Both the position numbers and the translations under genes were made by a program. A DNA stretch of 64,000 nt from Camelus dromedarius. Its lineage: Eukaryota. A model generated the notes under the pieces. That model searched no databases. It was given only the letters and a program-made list of their open reading frames with translations, and was not told where the DNA came from. Positions 1 through 13,879 of this stretch are shown one piece after another. The DNA is taken from positions 19,532,001 to 19,596,000 of the forward strand of contig NC_087436.1 in the NCBI RefSeq assembly GCF_036321535.1, in the 5' to 3' direction. Position 1 is the stretch's first letter. Every line of letters starts with the position of its first letter.

Positions 1-576
1 AACTTCTGAGGTTGAACTTAATGATTTAATTCAATCATTTAATTGAACTTCAGTTTGTTAACTGTGCTTTAAGCAGAGATAAACTTTAATGTTGAACGCA
101 GTCAGCTACCACCAATCAGGAGATACTAAAATAATATTTGGATGCATACTTTGTGATTTTTGAATTATTATATGAGATTTTTGCTAAAAATATAGTAAAA
201 TTTTTAGATTAAAAATAAAAATACAAATACAGACACTTGAAAAAAAAGAAGCAAATATTATTGATTAAATTTCATTTATATAAGTATGAGTGTTTTGTTT
301 TGTGCTTTCTAGGAGTACAGAAGATATTAACAAACCATCATTTTTTGGTAAAACTTTATATTTTCTATATTTACTGGATCTTAAGCTATAATAATGTGAT
401 CTTAATGTATACTGACCAGGGTTGGAATTATAGATTCCCCTGATGCTCTGCTCAGTCCATGGATCATGACTTCAGTTGCTGCCTTGGAGTGGCAGTCAGC
501 TTTTTTGGGGGGAGGAGGGTTGTCTACCTTATTGGATACTCTCCAATGAAAGTAGTATTAAAAAGGAAATGGAGGA

Positions 577-864
577 GACTCATAGACATAGTAAACAATC
601 CTATGGTTACTGGGGGGGGGGGAAGGGGTGGGAAGGGATAAATTTGAGTGTTTGAGATTTGCAAATGTTAACCACTATCTATAAAAATAGATAAAAAACA
701 AATTTTCTATATAACTCAGGGAACTATGTTCAATATCTTATAATAACCTTTAATGGAAAAGAATATGAAAACAAATAGATGTATATATATATGCATGACT
801 GGGACATTAAGCTGTACACCAGGAACTGACATGTTGTGACTGACTATACTTCAATTTAAAAAAA
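577..864 (+). mobile_element. 5'-truncated young L1 3' end
   Basis: L1 3'UTR motifs (agactcatagac, G-rich tract, gctgtacacc, tatacttcaat plus A tail); ggaaatgga duplicated at 565-573 and 866-874. Confidence 0.88.
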
Positions 865-1387
865 GGGAAATGGAAGAGGCTTCCACTATGTGTATTGGCT
901 TATTTTTTTCCCCCTTATACTATGCACTTCTTGGAATCTTGGAAAACAAGGAAGTATCAGTGCCCTAAGTCCTCTTTGTACGTTTGCTTTGGCAGCCCCA
1001 TGTTAGCTGGCTCCATCAGAATAGCCTTCCTAAAGCCTTTCAAATCCATTCTTCCAACTTACCTACAAAATACAACTCTGACTTAACTTGATATAAATAG
1101 TGAACACGTCATCCACGTGAAAAACACCTTCATCTGACTGTCTGGCATTGGCTCTTTTTAGAAATGCAATAATCTCTCAATCTACCCAACTAACAGTTAT
1201 TACAGACCATCAGTGTGTGAGGCATTATACCTGGCATTATGGATGCAGGTAAGGAGATAACTGACGCATTTGCTTTCAAGAAGCTCAGAGGAGAGAAGGA
1301 CAGTTTTAGTGGCAGTAGTGTTATCAATAGTGGCGGCAGCAGTGTCATAGCCCTTCCTTGTGTCTGGCTCCATTCTAATACTTTGTA

Positions 1388-2066
1388 TGAACTCATTTAA
1401 TCCTTGTATCAGCACTAGAAGTGGGTATGTTGGAGGACAGAGGGAACGAAGTGCCCACCGAACTGAGAAGGCATCTTGAGACTGAAAAACGAGTCAGGCA
1501 GCTCCATATAATCAACAGATCAGTTTATTATAGGGTAACTTCCTCGCAGGGTGGGGTCTGGGTCGGCAGGCAACGATCCAGAAGCATTCGCAGCTGCACT
1601 CTGCATCATGAGGGGGCCGTGGGGACAATTTTACAGTTAACCTAGGGTATGCGGGGCAGGTGCTTGGAAACGGGGCATGCATTCCTAAGTCAAGATTTGT
1701 GAATGGGTAACTAGTCTCGAGGGAGTCAGGAATACATCAGCAAAGGTTCTCATCATTGTTTGGGGACTAACAGAGCACAGAGGCCACCTGGTCCTAATGA
1801 TTATTAAACCCTATCTATTAACTTCAAAGCCCTTGATGGCAGAGGAGTGATTCACTGCACAGTACAGTGCTGGGGAGGGTCAGCAGAAGGACAGGAGAGA
1901 TCGTAAGGGCCCAAGATGGTGTCAGTTATGCTAAGAGTCATGCTCAGGTACTCTTATTATGTCCACTTTACAGATGTAGATACTGAGGTACATAAGTGTT
2001 TAATCATTTTCTAAGCTCATATACTAGATGAAACTAGAATTTGAACACAAGTAGTCTGGTTCCAGA
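1388..2066 (-). mobile_element. MIR SINE split by a solo LTR
   Basis: actcatttaatcct...gggta joins ctcttattatgtccactttacagatgtagatactgagg...ttgaacacaagtagtctggttccaga, i.e. reverse MIR consensus. Confidence 0.75.
1428..1946 (-). mobile_element. Solo LTR, ERV1-like (family not recognised)
   Basis: TG...CA termini, 4-bp TSD ggta (1424-1427, 1947-1950), minus-strand AATAAA near 1523; removing it restores the MIR. Confidence 0.8.
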
Positions 2067-2859
2067 ATTCATTCTGGTCCTGCATTTTCAAATGAGGGGA
2101 GTCATGAGTATGTCTTGAGAAATGGATGGGGCAGATCATCCACAGAGAGGCATCACAAGCAATTCCGCTTGACAGCCATTTAATAAATACCCATCGTGTG
2201 GAAAGCACCGCAAAAATGCGTGAGATACAGACATTGCACTCAAGGAACTTACAGCAATTTTACATCCTCTCTGATCATCTATTTGAGGGTTATTTAATAA
2301 AAGAATATAATTTCTATTTGATGGCTTATTGTGCAGTTCTGTGGTCCACTGTACTTCTCAAATGAACAATCAATCATCACAAAAACATGAGTAAATTGGA
2401 AACACTTCTAAATTCCTGCCCAGCATCTTTTCAGTGTGACACCCAAACTCCAATAGCAAATACTGTTTCTAAGAAAATCCAGTTATGAGAGGAGAAGGAC
2501 ATCTTTGTGTGGAGTGGCCTAGGTCGCTCAATATATATTCAATAATGGAAAGTCTTGATTCTGTATAATTATGCCATATCTATAGTAAATTTAGCTAATA
2601 AATCAGGAGTGTTTCATACACTCACTAGGAGGATTGTCCATTTTTTAAAAGCATGATATGCTTAGCTTCTCAAATGAATCTTCATAGTTAAGCCAAGTGT
2701 AACTGACTTACTGAGTGAGCTAGACTCTACTGGATACTAGCAGAGAGCAGTATTACTGTCACTCATTAGTGTCCTTTTACCCTTGCCCTGTGATAACATT
2801 CTTTCCCCCTTTTGGGTAAAATTTCAGGATAAATCTATAGTTTTTCCAGTTACTTTCAG

Positions 2860-4530
2860 GTATTAAAAGGTCCAATCTACTAGAAGAGAACACACGAGAC
2901 CATCTTCTTAAGCCACAAAATCGTAACTGTATATGAAAAGATTGACCAAGTGGACTTTGTGAAAATTAAAAACATCTGTTCAACAAAAGCCACTATTAAG
3001 AGAAAAAAAGGCAAGCCACAAGTCAGAGAAGAGATTTAGAGTACACACACCTTTTGCCAGGTATCCAACAGAAGACTTGTATCCAGACTGCGGAAATAGC
3101 TTATACAAATCAGTAAAAAATACAGGTGGCACAATAAGAAATGGGCAAAGATTTGAATAGGCATTTCGTAAAAGATGATATCCAGTCTTCAAAAAGCACG
3201 TAAGAAAGGACGCAACACCATTAGTCATCAGGAAAATGCAAATTAAAGCCACAGTGAGCTGCACATGCATCAGAATGGCTAAAAAATAAAGAGATTGTCA
3301 ATAGCAAGTATTAATGCAGATGCCTCGTAACTGAAATTCTCAGACGTTACTGGTAGGAGTGGGAAATGGTTCAAGTGCTTTGAGAAAATGGCAGTACCTA
3401 CGAATGGTAATCACATGTCTACCTTTATACTCTGACTTAGCATTCTACTGTCAAATATATTTCCGACAGAAATGAAATGAGTACACGTGTCCACCAGAAG
3501 ATGTGTTCAGGAAGGTTTATAGCAATTTTTTTTTCATAAAGCAAAATGGAAAAAATTTAAATGTCCACCATTAGAAGAATGGATAAATAAGTTATGATGT
3601 ATTCATACAACAAAACACAAAATATGAATGGAAAAGATGACCTACTGCTCTACCCCAAAACGTGGCTAACTCCTATAGACAAGACTGAGCAAATGAAGCC
3701 AGACATGAAAGAATTCATACATATGATTAAAAAAAATTTAATTAAAAACATTTTAATAGAAGTATAATTGATTTACAATGTTTGTGTTAGTATCTAGTGT
3801 AGAGCATAGTGATTGAGTTATGCATTCTTTTTTATATTCTTTTTCCTAATAGGTTATTACGAGCTATTAAATACAGTTCCCTGTGTTATACAGTAGGCTT
3901 ATTTTTTATCTATTTTGTATATAGTAGTTTGTGTCTGCTAACCCCAAACTCCTAATTTATCCCTCCCCACCTTTTCCCTTTGTTAACCATAAGGTTGTTT
4001 TCTATATCTGTGAATATATTTCTGGTTTGTAAATAAGTTCTTCATTTGTGTCATTCTTTAGATTCCACATATAAGTGATATCATATGATACTTATCTTTG
4101 TCTGATTTACTTCACTTAGTATGATAATCTCTAGGTCCATCCATGTTGCTGCAAGTGACATTATTATTTTTTTTTATGGCTGAGTAGTGTTCCATGGTAT
4201 ATATACCACACCTTCTTCATCCAGGCATCTGTCCATGGACACTTAGTTTGCTTCCATGTCTTGACTATTGTAAACAGTGCTGCTCCTACATATGATTTCA
4301 TGTCTGTGAAGTGTGAGGTGAGAAAAATTAACCTGTGGTGATAAAATTGAGGACAGTGGTAACTTTGGCAGGGTGGATGTTGACTAGGAGGAAGCATGCG
4401 GGATCTCTCTAGATTGCTAGAAATGTTTCATGTTTGGATCTGTGTGATGGTTACCTGGGTATATGTGTATGAGATATTTATGTAAAAAATTATACTACAC
4501 TTGTTACTCTTCAGTAAACAAAGAAAAAGC
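2860..4530 (+). mobile_element. Old L1 (L1M-class) ORF2 3' end/3'UTR, interrupted by a younger L1
   Basis: Degenerate L1 motifs aaaattaaaaacatctgttcaacaaaag, aaatgggcaaagatttgaataggcatttc, ttagtcatcaggaaaatgcaaattaaagccacagtgag. Confidence 0.85.
3729..4286 (-). mobile_element. Young L1 3' fragment nested in the old L1
   Basis: Reverse L1 3' end; perfect 11-bp TSD tacatatgatt at 3718-3728 and 4287-4297. Confidence 0.92.
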
Positions 4531-5517
4531 CTGGTCCAGTCTAATGCCAAAACGTCAGTCTCTCATCCAGTTGAAAGCTTTCCGCCTTTCTTCCCCTCCC
4601 CTAGCAACTCAGTAGGGAGGGGAACTGTGATAGGCTGCTTCTCTCATCTTTGGTCCACCTCCTTTCCCATTCTTGAGCCACTGCCTTTGTCCCCTCTAGG
4701 ATCAGGTCCCTGGGAGGAGGGACTAGAGAAGGATGGACAAAGTGATGTGTCTTGCCTTGTAATTGGGCTTTGAGGCCCTGTGAGTGTGACACATCTCCGC
4801 AGGCCGGCTCTTTCTCTTGTGGGGTGTGTCTGCAGGTAATCAGCGATCCCGCTTCACCAGGAGCCTCCCTGTACAACGTTGCCTGGCACGGGCAGTGATC
4901 CTCTGACAACTCCAGCCGCAGCTCTTGGCCTTTAGTGATCTACTTCTCCGGGTGGAGTTCTGGTCAGCAGGACTCAAGTCCATCTCTTCCTTTGGTCACT
5001 TGACCCCGAGGAAAACTGACACGTCTCTGCCTGGCGAGTGGAGAACTTGCAGCTCACTCTCACTGTCACCTCTCTCCCCACCAGCCTCTGAGCTTTAAGC
5101 TTCTCAAGGAGGGAACCAGGACCCACTCTCTTGCTTTATATTATTGCCATGTGGATAAAATAGAAATGAATTCTATGCAGAAATATACACATGCAAATAT
5201 ACACATACATTTTATACACATATTACTCAGAACAAGGTAAATATGCAATAAATGTTGGCTTCTTTCTTCTTTTCTTCCTGGACTAAGTGGCCTTTCACTC
5301 CCTTTCTTTCAGTGAAGCATCTTTCTTTAGTTATAGGCTTTGGTTAGAGCAGAGACAGGGCTTTAGGAGTCATTGTAAAGATGTATTGTTTGCTTGGAGT
5401 TGACTAAGGAAACTTCTCATAAAAGCGTGTTATATTTGAAATTAAACCAGGTGTGGTAAAATAATCCTATCCCTAGAGTTAGAAAGACCTGGATGTGAAT
5501 CCTAACTTCACACTTCC

Positions 5518-5935
5518 ATCCATTCCTTCACTGAACAGATTTACTGAGGGCTTACTTGGTGCCAGGCACTGCTGTAGTCACTGAGACCACAGGGGGACAG
5601 AGACGGGCAAGATCCCCGCCTTGTGGAGCTCCTCGGGGGGCTGGGGGTGGGTGAACAGTAAGGGTAACAGACAATAAGCAAGTAACTAAATATAACGTCA
5701 AGTGGTGATCAATTTTGTGAACAAAAGTAAAGCATGATGAGGAAATAGAAAGCAGTAGGGGAGGGAAAACAGGTGGGGGGTAGATAAGGTAGACTGGGAA
5801 GGTCTTTATAAGAGACCTGAGTTAAGTGAGGGAGAAAGGTCTAGAAGAAGAAGAAGGTAAATAGGAGTTGGCAATTTTCCACAAGCTGAAGAACGAAGTG
5901 TTTCAGGAAGGAGGAAGTCAAATGCTATTGAGTGA
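5518..5935 (-). mobile_element. L2 3' end
   Basis: cattccttcactgaacagatttactgagggcttacttggtgccaggcactg, reverse L2 terminal motif. Confidence 0.7.
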
Positions 5936-8249
5936 CGGAATCACAGGAGGGGCTCTCAGTCGCCATGTGACTTCTGGACAAGTTATGTACCTTATTGGGC
6001 AAAGGTCAGTAAGATATTTCTGAGGATTGAGATAATTTATGTAAATCACTCGTCACCTAGTAGACAAGTAACTGAAGATTTTCTTGACATCCCATGTGTA
6101 TAATAAAATGTGAATTTAAAACTCCACAGCGAAAGGTGTTTTTTAAATGGTCTCACTTCAGTTTCTCACTGTATTTGCAATATCCCCAATTAACTGAATG
6201 TCAGCCAAAATATAGAAGTCAATGAATTAAACTATAAGAGCGGTGGAACTGTAGCTTTGGCTTTTATTAGTAACAAGTAGTTAACGTGATGTGTCGTGTC
6301 ATGTGTTTTGTACCATGTGTCTTGTGAATTGTCATGTGTTCAGATATGTTGGAATTTCTCCCATTTAAACTGGCAGAGATCACTTGTTAAAGAAAGAAGA
6401 GCTAAGAAAATCAGATATTTCAGCATTCATCGGAGTCCGTTTTGCTAAATTGCAGTTTCTGTGGCTGATCAGCCAATTATTTCCATTTTAAATCTAAGAA
6501 ATAAGGAAATTGATTTGGTTCTTATCTGTTTTAGGCATTCCCTCATGGCTTAGCATTGATTTTTAAACATGCTTTCAATTTTATAGAATTTGGCTGAATG
6601 ATATGACATTTGATCTAAACCTCTGTAGTAATGACAAGATGAGGATGTTACATACTCTTGAAAGTAGTATAAAATCAGAGTATCTTTGTCTGGCGACCTC
6701 ACAGTACTTGTGTAGCCTCTAAATTATTTTACAAAAATCGGGCATTAAAAATTCTACCCAGAAAGTGTTGAAGAAAGAGGATATCTGTTCCAGCATGTGT
6801 GCTTAAATGTACTGAAACGTAAATGATAGATGTGTTTATACATTATAGTTTCCTGCAGAAGGCATCAGTTTGGTTTTTGAAAACGACGACTCTCCCTGTT
6901 CGAGGTTTAAACGCTTGTCAGATACCTTACAGGAAAGGAAATCAAGTCATTTCCCTTAAAGTACATCATTTTTCCAAATTTTCCGGAGCACATTTATGTA
7001 GGTACTGAGAGAGAATGAGAGTTCTTTTTCACTTTTGAAATACACAGCCCAGCAGCTGCTACCCCAGCGAACCACTAAAGAAAGGGGGAGTAACTGAATC
7101 TCTGCAGCAATGTGTAGAACTAAATTTATTGAAATCCCAGTGAAAGCTTTTGTGTTTTGTATAATGGAGAAAATTCCATAAGATATCTTAGATTGCATTT
7201 CCTTCCTGGTAATCCTCACCGTTCTCGTGCTCTCTGGTCAGTGTGTAAATAGGCTCCATTCATTTAAAATGAAAACTCACACCTCAGAAGCCAGCCAGGT
7301 TTGGGGATTACAAGACATTTTATTTCAAATAACGTGACTACTCCTTGTTGTAAATGTTGAATCCATTGAATTTGCTTCCGAGAGGCTGGAGCTTGGTGAC
7401 CCCCATTAGTCATTTTCCCTCAAATACATAAGGAATGAATTTGTATTCTAACGCGTGTGGTTTTGATGAACTAATGTCAGCCTTTCTTATATCTGTTTTC
7501 GAGGCTTTTCCCCGAGTTATACTTCTGGTTTCATTTTAAGTGCCTTCTTAAAAATTCATTTTCCAGTTATTACAAGAAGTCAGTTTATGTATTGAGGATT
7601 ACTCCTGTTTGCTTTCAGAGATCTTCCTCCTTCCACCTAGCCTGTGATTTCTAAAAGAAGATCCAGTCAAATGTTTTTGTTTCTCTTAAGAAATCCCTGA
7701 CAGGCCCACGACACTGGCCACTGCTGTAACGGTACATTTCTATACATAATTGATGACCTGGGGCCCAGCAGACAGCACCAGTACGCAAGCCATATAGATT
7801 ACCATGCAGTGAGGGTTCTTAGGTCTTTGAATTTTCCATTTTTGAATAGAAATAACTCCTTACTAAGTAACAAAAATTCCAGAAGGAGTAAGTTGACCAT
7901 AGTAATAAATATTCTTCAGAGAACAAAGTGTTTGCCGGGAACAGAAGATTGGAACAGTCTTAAGATCCTAATTTTATTACTTTATTCTCCACTCCAGCCA
8001 TCTCTCAGCCTCACAGCACTGGTCATGTGTGGCTTTGCTGACATTCTCATATTTTTTTTTTTTTAAAGTTGAGTTCTGAGGACAGTTGAAACTCCAAATG
8101 ACACTGAGGTATCCCTTAATTGAGTTGCCCTTTCTGTTTCTTTGATTTACTAGAAGATGAGAAGGCTAGTGAATATCACTAGTTATCTTTTCATGAGGAA
8201 TTTGTGAGATTCTTGTCACCAAAGTGGCGTTTGTTCCATCCCATTCAGT

Positions 8250-8605
8250 CTGCCTATCTTTCCTTTGCTCTGTACGCTGTGAGCACACTTTCTTGTGTTG
8301 GGGCCTTTGTACATGCTGTTCCCCCACCTCCCAGACTATTTCTAATTACCTGCCCCCTCCACCCTTCCCTCGGCCCTTCCTACTCATCATTCCAGCCTCA
8401 GTTTAGATGTCACCTCTTTCGGAATCCCTTGTTCAGTAAGGTGTGGTGGGCGGCCCTTCCTCACCCATTATCTGGCCTTCACCTTTGTACTTTGCCACAG
8501 CTAGACCTTGTAAGGAAGACACCCGGCCACCTTTATCATTGATTCCCCACCCTCTAGGGTATGCCTGACACGGAGTGGTGTCCACTCATTATTTGTTGAA
8601 TGGAT
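8250..8605 (+). mobile_element. L2 3' fragment
   Basis: gggcctttgtacatgctgttccc...cagtttagatgtcacctct...tgcctgacac...atttgttgaatg. Confidence 0.65.
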
Positions 8606-9379
8606 CTGCAAAGATACAAACAATGTAAAATTGAACTTAAACATTAAAGTGAGATAGATTGCTAGGTTTTAGATGATAAATTGTCCAAATTTGTTATATT
8701 CCTGGATTTGCACTTTGTTTTTCTTATAGTACTATATTCTTAAGAATGCTGTCAGAACATAAAAATAATAGACTTGAATTACAATTATGTTTTGTATTTG
8801 AATACTCATGAGACTGATTTGTACATTCAAATGACCAGGTTAAAATAAGTAAAATCTGTGTTTGTTAAGAAATAAATGCACTGAAAATTTTTAATCAAAT
8901 TAACCCAAATTGGGGAAGAGAACATGTATCTATTGAATTCTGAGAGTTTAGGCTCAGTGCTTTATTTTGGTTCACTTCCTTTTATAAAATTAAATTTCTC
9001 AAAGAACAAGGCTTTTTTTTTCCCCCTAAATCCTAATATGTACTATCTACTTCCAAATGTCTAGAAGGGAACATCATTTTTGTCATTATCTCTTGGACTC
9101 TCTTATACTTTTAGGAAATGGAAAACACAAATGTCTTTTTCTCTTTTAACCAATAAAACATAGAAAGCTACTAAGGTCTAGTGCAAAAATGACAGTTTGT
9201 TCTTTTTTTAAATACCTTTAATTCCAGAACATAATTCACAGTTTCCCCTTAGAGTCACTCATCAGTTTGCTAATTAGCTTCCTAAACTTTGTAAATTATT
9301 TGTTGATTTCTATGGGGAATAATTTTGAATGTCAACCTTATCAATGGAGATTAGGCCCCCAAACTACAGTTATGGGATT

Positions 9380-9592
9380 ACAGGCTGTAGAATCAAGTTG
9401 TTTGAGTTCATATCCTGACCTCAGAAATTACTGTTTGACCTTGGGCAAATTGGCTAACTTCTCTGTGCCTTGATTTCTTCTTCTGTAAGTGATGATAATT
9501 GTACTTATTCATTGGCTTGTTTTTGGAATTGTATGATACTTGCAAAGTACATAGAACAGTGTCTATGCTCAATAAAGACTACTGTTATTATA
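9380..9592 (+). mobile_element. MIR SINE
   Basis: Core tgaccttgggcaaattggctaacttctctgtgccttgatttcttcttctgtaa and tail gctcaataaa. Confidence 0.8.
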
Positions 9593-9624
9593 ATCAGTCC
9601 TAAAAGCAAGAAATCGTCTTTTCC

Positions 9625-10080
9625 TTCATTCAGAAATATTAATTGAGCTCTTACTATGTCCTGGACATTTTACTAGGTACAGAGAATTCAAGATGGAGTG
9701 AAAATAAGCATGATACTTTCCCTCAGAAAGCTCATAGCCTAGTGAAGGACACATGGAAAATAATTTAAAAATCATACAAATAAATGTAAAATTACAACTA
9801 GACTAAATGCTCCAAAGGAAATCTATGGTACCATGGAAGTACATATTCAGGAGAAACTGATATGGGCAGGAAGGCTTCCTTGATGACTGAAGGAAGCCAA
9901 GGTCTGCAGGTGGAAAGGAACACAGCCCAGTTGAGGAAATGGACCAAGGGCCCCGAGGCTGGAGCATGGAGAGAGAATGGAGCCCGGTGGAGAATGAGGA
10001 GAGATGGAGATGACAAGATAGGCAGGTGCAGACCATACAGGACGCCATAGGCCATGACTGGTCCTTATAGACTAGTGGGA
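9625..10080 (-). mobile_element. L2 3' fragment
   Basis: ttcattcagaaatattaattgagctcttactatgtcctggac...aggaaggcttccttgatga. Confidence 0.7.
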
Positions 10081-10158
10081 AACCGATGAAGGAGTGCATT
10101 TCAGTGTGGGGACTGGATTGGAGTTTCCCAAAGTGTAAGAAATCAGAGAAAGTGGAGA

Positions 10159-10326
10159 TTCAATATGTTGTAGTAACCTATGATGAAGAAGAAAATGAGA
10201 ACGAATGTGTATATGTTCTGATGTGACTGAAGCATTGTGCTGTACACCAGAAACTGACATGACATTGTGAACTGACTGTACTTCAATAAAAATATATTTT
10301 AAAAAGCCAAAAAAAAAAAGAGAGAG
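10159..10326 (+). mobile_element. Short young L1 3' end
   Basis: tgctgtacaccagaaactgac...cttcaataaaa plus A/AG tail; TSD agagaa(a/g)gtggaga at 10145-10158 and 10327-10340. Confidence 0.88.
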
Positions 10327-10668
10327 AGAGAAGGTGGAGAACAGTGACACTTTTCTCGATGTAGCACTGGTCCCAGGCTAAATTTGGAAATCCAAACATT
10401 TGCTGTTACACCCTCCTGACTCCCTCTCCACTCCCTCTGCTACCAGGGTCACTTCACCCAGACCCAGAGCTCTCCTGCCTCTGTTTACCCCTCTGCATCA
10501 GACTCGGCAGGCCCACCTTACCCTGATAAGTGCCTCCTGCTCTGAATTCTCTTACCTTTCCTGATTTCTAACAACTCTCATTCTGAGAGAAGTTTTATAT
10601 TCATGTAAATATCTCGAGGAAACTAATAAAATTGATTTAGACTAAGATGTGAGGGGTTACCTCAAGAA

Positions 10669-11156
10669 CAGCGTTCTTAAACCTTTTGCACCCCTTTCCG
10701 TTCTTCATATTTGTTGAGAACCACAGGGAGCTTTAATTTGTATCAGTTATGTCAATCCGTATTTACCATGTTTGAAATTAAACCTGGAAAATTATTAATT
10801 CATTTAAAAATAACAGTAAACCCCATGATATGTAAACATACATATTTTTATGAAAAATAACTACATTTTCCAAAACAAAAGCTGGTGAGAAAAATTCTAC
10901 TGTTTTACATTTTGAAAATCTCTCTAATGTGTAGTTTAATACAAGACAGCTGGAGTCTCATATCTGCTTCTGTATTAAGTCAGTTTCACATGTCATGTAG
11001 CCTCTGGAAAAGTCCCCTGTCCAACTGTGAAAGAATGAAAGTGAAAAAGGCAGATAGTGGCTTACTTAGTATTATCTTGAAAGTAGTTTTCATCATCGAC
11101 CCCCAAAGATGGTCTTTGGGTCCCTAGGTCCCCGGACTACACTGTAGTAACTGCTA
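10669..11156. mobile_element. hAT-Charlie non-autonomous DNA transposon (Charlie1/MER119-like)
   Basis: Internal Charlie1-like motifs (gacagctggagtctcatatctgcttctg; catgtagcctctggaaaa); flanks ctcaagaa/ttctagaa resemble the 8-bp NTCTAGAN target. Confidence 0.8.
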
Positions 11157-11824
11157 TTCTAGAAGAAGGTATGCAATTAAAAGAGAAAAAAAAACCAAGA
11201 TGCTTATTAAGTCAGAGGACTCTCATCTGAGATGGCACTTGAGGCAGTCTAAAAAGTGGATCTCAAGAGTTCAGGCAGTGTGACTCTAATCTGTTTCTGC
11301 CTTTCATCACCTCTTCCATATATCTGTGTTTGAACGCATTCAGCTCTCTAAAAATTCCAAATGAATTTTAGTAGAGACTCTTGTGGATGTTTAGACAGTA
11401 TCTGAAATTCCTGAAGTATGATATTCTTGCCTCGGTTTCTGGTGTACAGGGACTATTCCCCACTCCGAGTAGATTGTGACTCCCTCTTGGCTTCCTCCGA
11501 GCATCAGGCCACTTAGCTTTCCACGGCACGGCCTCACCTGGAGACCGCGGCTTCACGGTGCTCATCTTTCAGGAGCTGATTTGTGAAGTGTCGCTAAAGT
11601 AACAAGAGGACTGTTCATCTCTGTGGTCTCTTCCAGTTCAGAAGTGACATGACTTGATGTTATTTTCTTATGTGTCACACAAGCTCTTTCTGAAGACAGC
11701 CTAAAAATGTTTGAAACGATGCATCATTTAAAAAATGAGTTTAGCTTCTCTCAGTGACAAACTAGAAGAACCACATTCCTTTAGAAGAGCTTTGTTGCAT
11801 TTGTCAAAAATTTATTTGCATTCC

Positions 11825-12118
11825 TTTTTTTTTTATTGAGGTGTAGTCCATTTACAATGTTGTGTCCATTTCTGGTGTACAGCATGATAGTTCAGTCACA
11901 CATATACATACATACATTCATTTTCATACTCTTTTTCATTATAAGTACTACAAGACATTGAATATAATTCCCTGTGCTGTACAGTAGGAACTTGTTGTTT
12001 ATCTGTTTTATATATAATAGTTAGTATCTGCAAATCCTGAACTCCCAATTTATCCCTTCCTACCCCTTTTCCCCTCTGGTAACCGTAAGTTTGTTTTATA
12101 CGTCTGTAAGTCTGTTTT
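11825..12118 (-). mobile_element. Young L1 3' end
   Basis: T tract then ttattgaggtgtagtccatttacaatgttgtg...tggtgtacagca...ctcccaatttatccc. Confidence 0.88.
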
Positions 12119-12634
12119 CGTTCCTTTCAATCACACCTTCTACCATAATATTAGTTCCACCATCACTGTTAGAATAATTCTGCCCTTTTAAATTTTATGT
12201 TAATCATATATTTCTGTCCATTCAATATTAAATGCTTCATTCCTACCCTACCGCCCCTACCCTACGCCATACAAAGACCTGCAGGGCGAGGAAGACCATG
12301 CTGATGGAGGAAGGCTGCGAAGTCTGTGTCCTTAAACCAGCAGCTAGCTCACCATGGAGAATCAATGCCCTTGATCACTACAGTTACCTCCTGAATCATT
12401 AGTAACTTTTGTTCTTTAAGGAGGAACATATATAAGTGATAAAAACAGTCTACAGGGACAGCTGAAACACCATTTGCACTCGGTTTGAACTGAAATTCTT
12501 GGAGTTTCTTTTAAAACTGTGTCACTCCTAGATAAATGGTTACGGACACGTTGGGCTTGGTTGGAGGTCACAAATAAGTGGCCTGCAGGCCTCATGCAGA
12601 CAGTAATGTGCTTTCTTTGGCCTGCATGTTGGGA

Positions 12635-12709
<75 letters not shown>

Positions 12710-12719
12710 TGAGTGTGTG
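12635..12719. repeat. Compound microsatellite (GT)8(GA)28 plus degenerate GT
   Basis: Read directly. Confidence 0.97.
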
Positions 12720-13879
12720 GTGTCTTTGCTTTTCATCTAAATTTGAATATGCATATAGTGTTTTTTTTCAGTTGCCCCCATTCCCTGTTATCTTACACGT
12801 GGCCTGATTCAGACATTTACCTTGTCAGTCTGGCCACTGTCAGCATTTGAATTACCAGCTCAACAACAAGCAGTCACATCTAGGGAGAAGAGAAAAATAG
12901 AACCCAAGAAGAACACAATATATACTGTGAAATAAGGAATTGCCTAATAGAAAATTATTTGACAGGAATATATAATTGCTGATTTTTTAATTCTTGGACA
13001 GGTATGGAAAAATAACTCTAAAGATAAGAGAAAAAATAACAACTGATTAAGAAGCATGCCTCAAAAATGACATTTATAATATTGACATGTTTTCAATAAC
13101 TTAACATAGAAGTTAGAGTATGTAATTATGAAAGGGGGTCATGTCTTTCTGAAAAATGTCATCTATCAAAACTTTGCTTTTCTGCTGTTATTTTTATTAT
13201 GTATATGGCTTTAGTTTATCTAGAAAAATATGTAATGTACACTTAAATATATAGAATCAACCATACAACTCATTTATCAAGTGCAGAACTTTGCAGTGTT
13301 GATTGATCTGAAGGTCCCACAGCACCACCTAGTGTCTTGTATTTTATTTTGCAAAATATTTTTTGTAAATTGAAGAATTCTGATGATGGTATTTTAATAC
13401 CAGTATGGCATTGAAATAAATATATGGTTTAAGCAGTATTATAAATAGAATAAGGAAAGGTGATTCTTACATGTTTAATTGAAAATGTTTAAGTGGAACT
13501 CAAAGAAATGATGATTGTATAACACAAAACTATTATAAAAATTGACTAGTTAAAAAAAAGAGTATTAGTATTTCTAATTCACATCCAGAGACGCTCTTTA
13601 GAAGATTGTTAGTGCTTGTGATCTAATGGAGTTACTGGTAATTTTTTATACAAAGCAGATGTTGATTCCTTTTATTTTTCTATTTGCTGCCCTATAATAA
13701 AGGTAATTTTCCCAGGCTTCTTCTTGAAGTCCATAAATTCCCAGTGTTCACAAATTAAACCACACTAATTAATGACACATACCACTGCTTTTATCAGTTT
13801 CAGACAAAATTATATAACTGCCTTTAAAACTAGAATTTTGAGGTTTTCGGAGATGGAATGCTATAAAATACTTCTACAT

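Noticed and set aside
611..640. G-quadruplex-like tract
   Set aside because: Standard G-rich tract of the L1 3'UTR, also present in other copies.
12416..12740. ORFs with SL/ER dipeptide repeats
   Set aside because: Translations of the (GA)n microsatellite.
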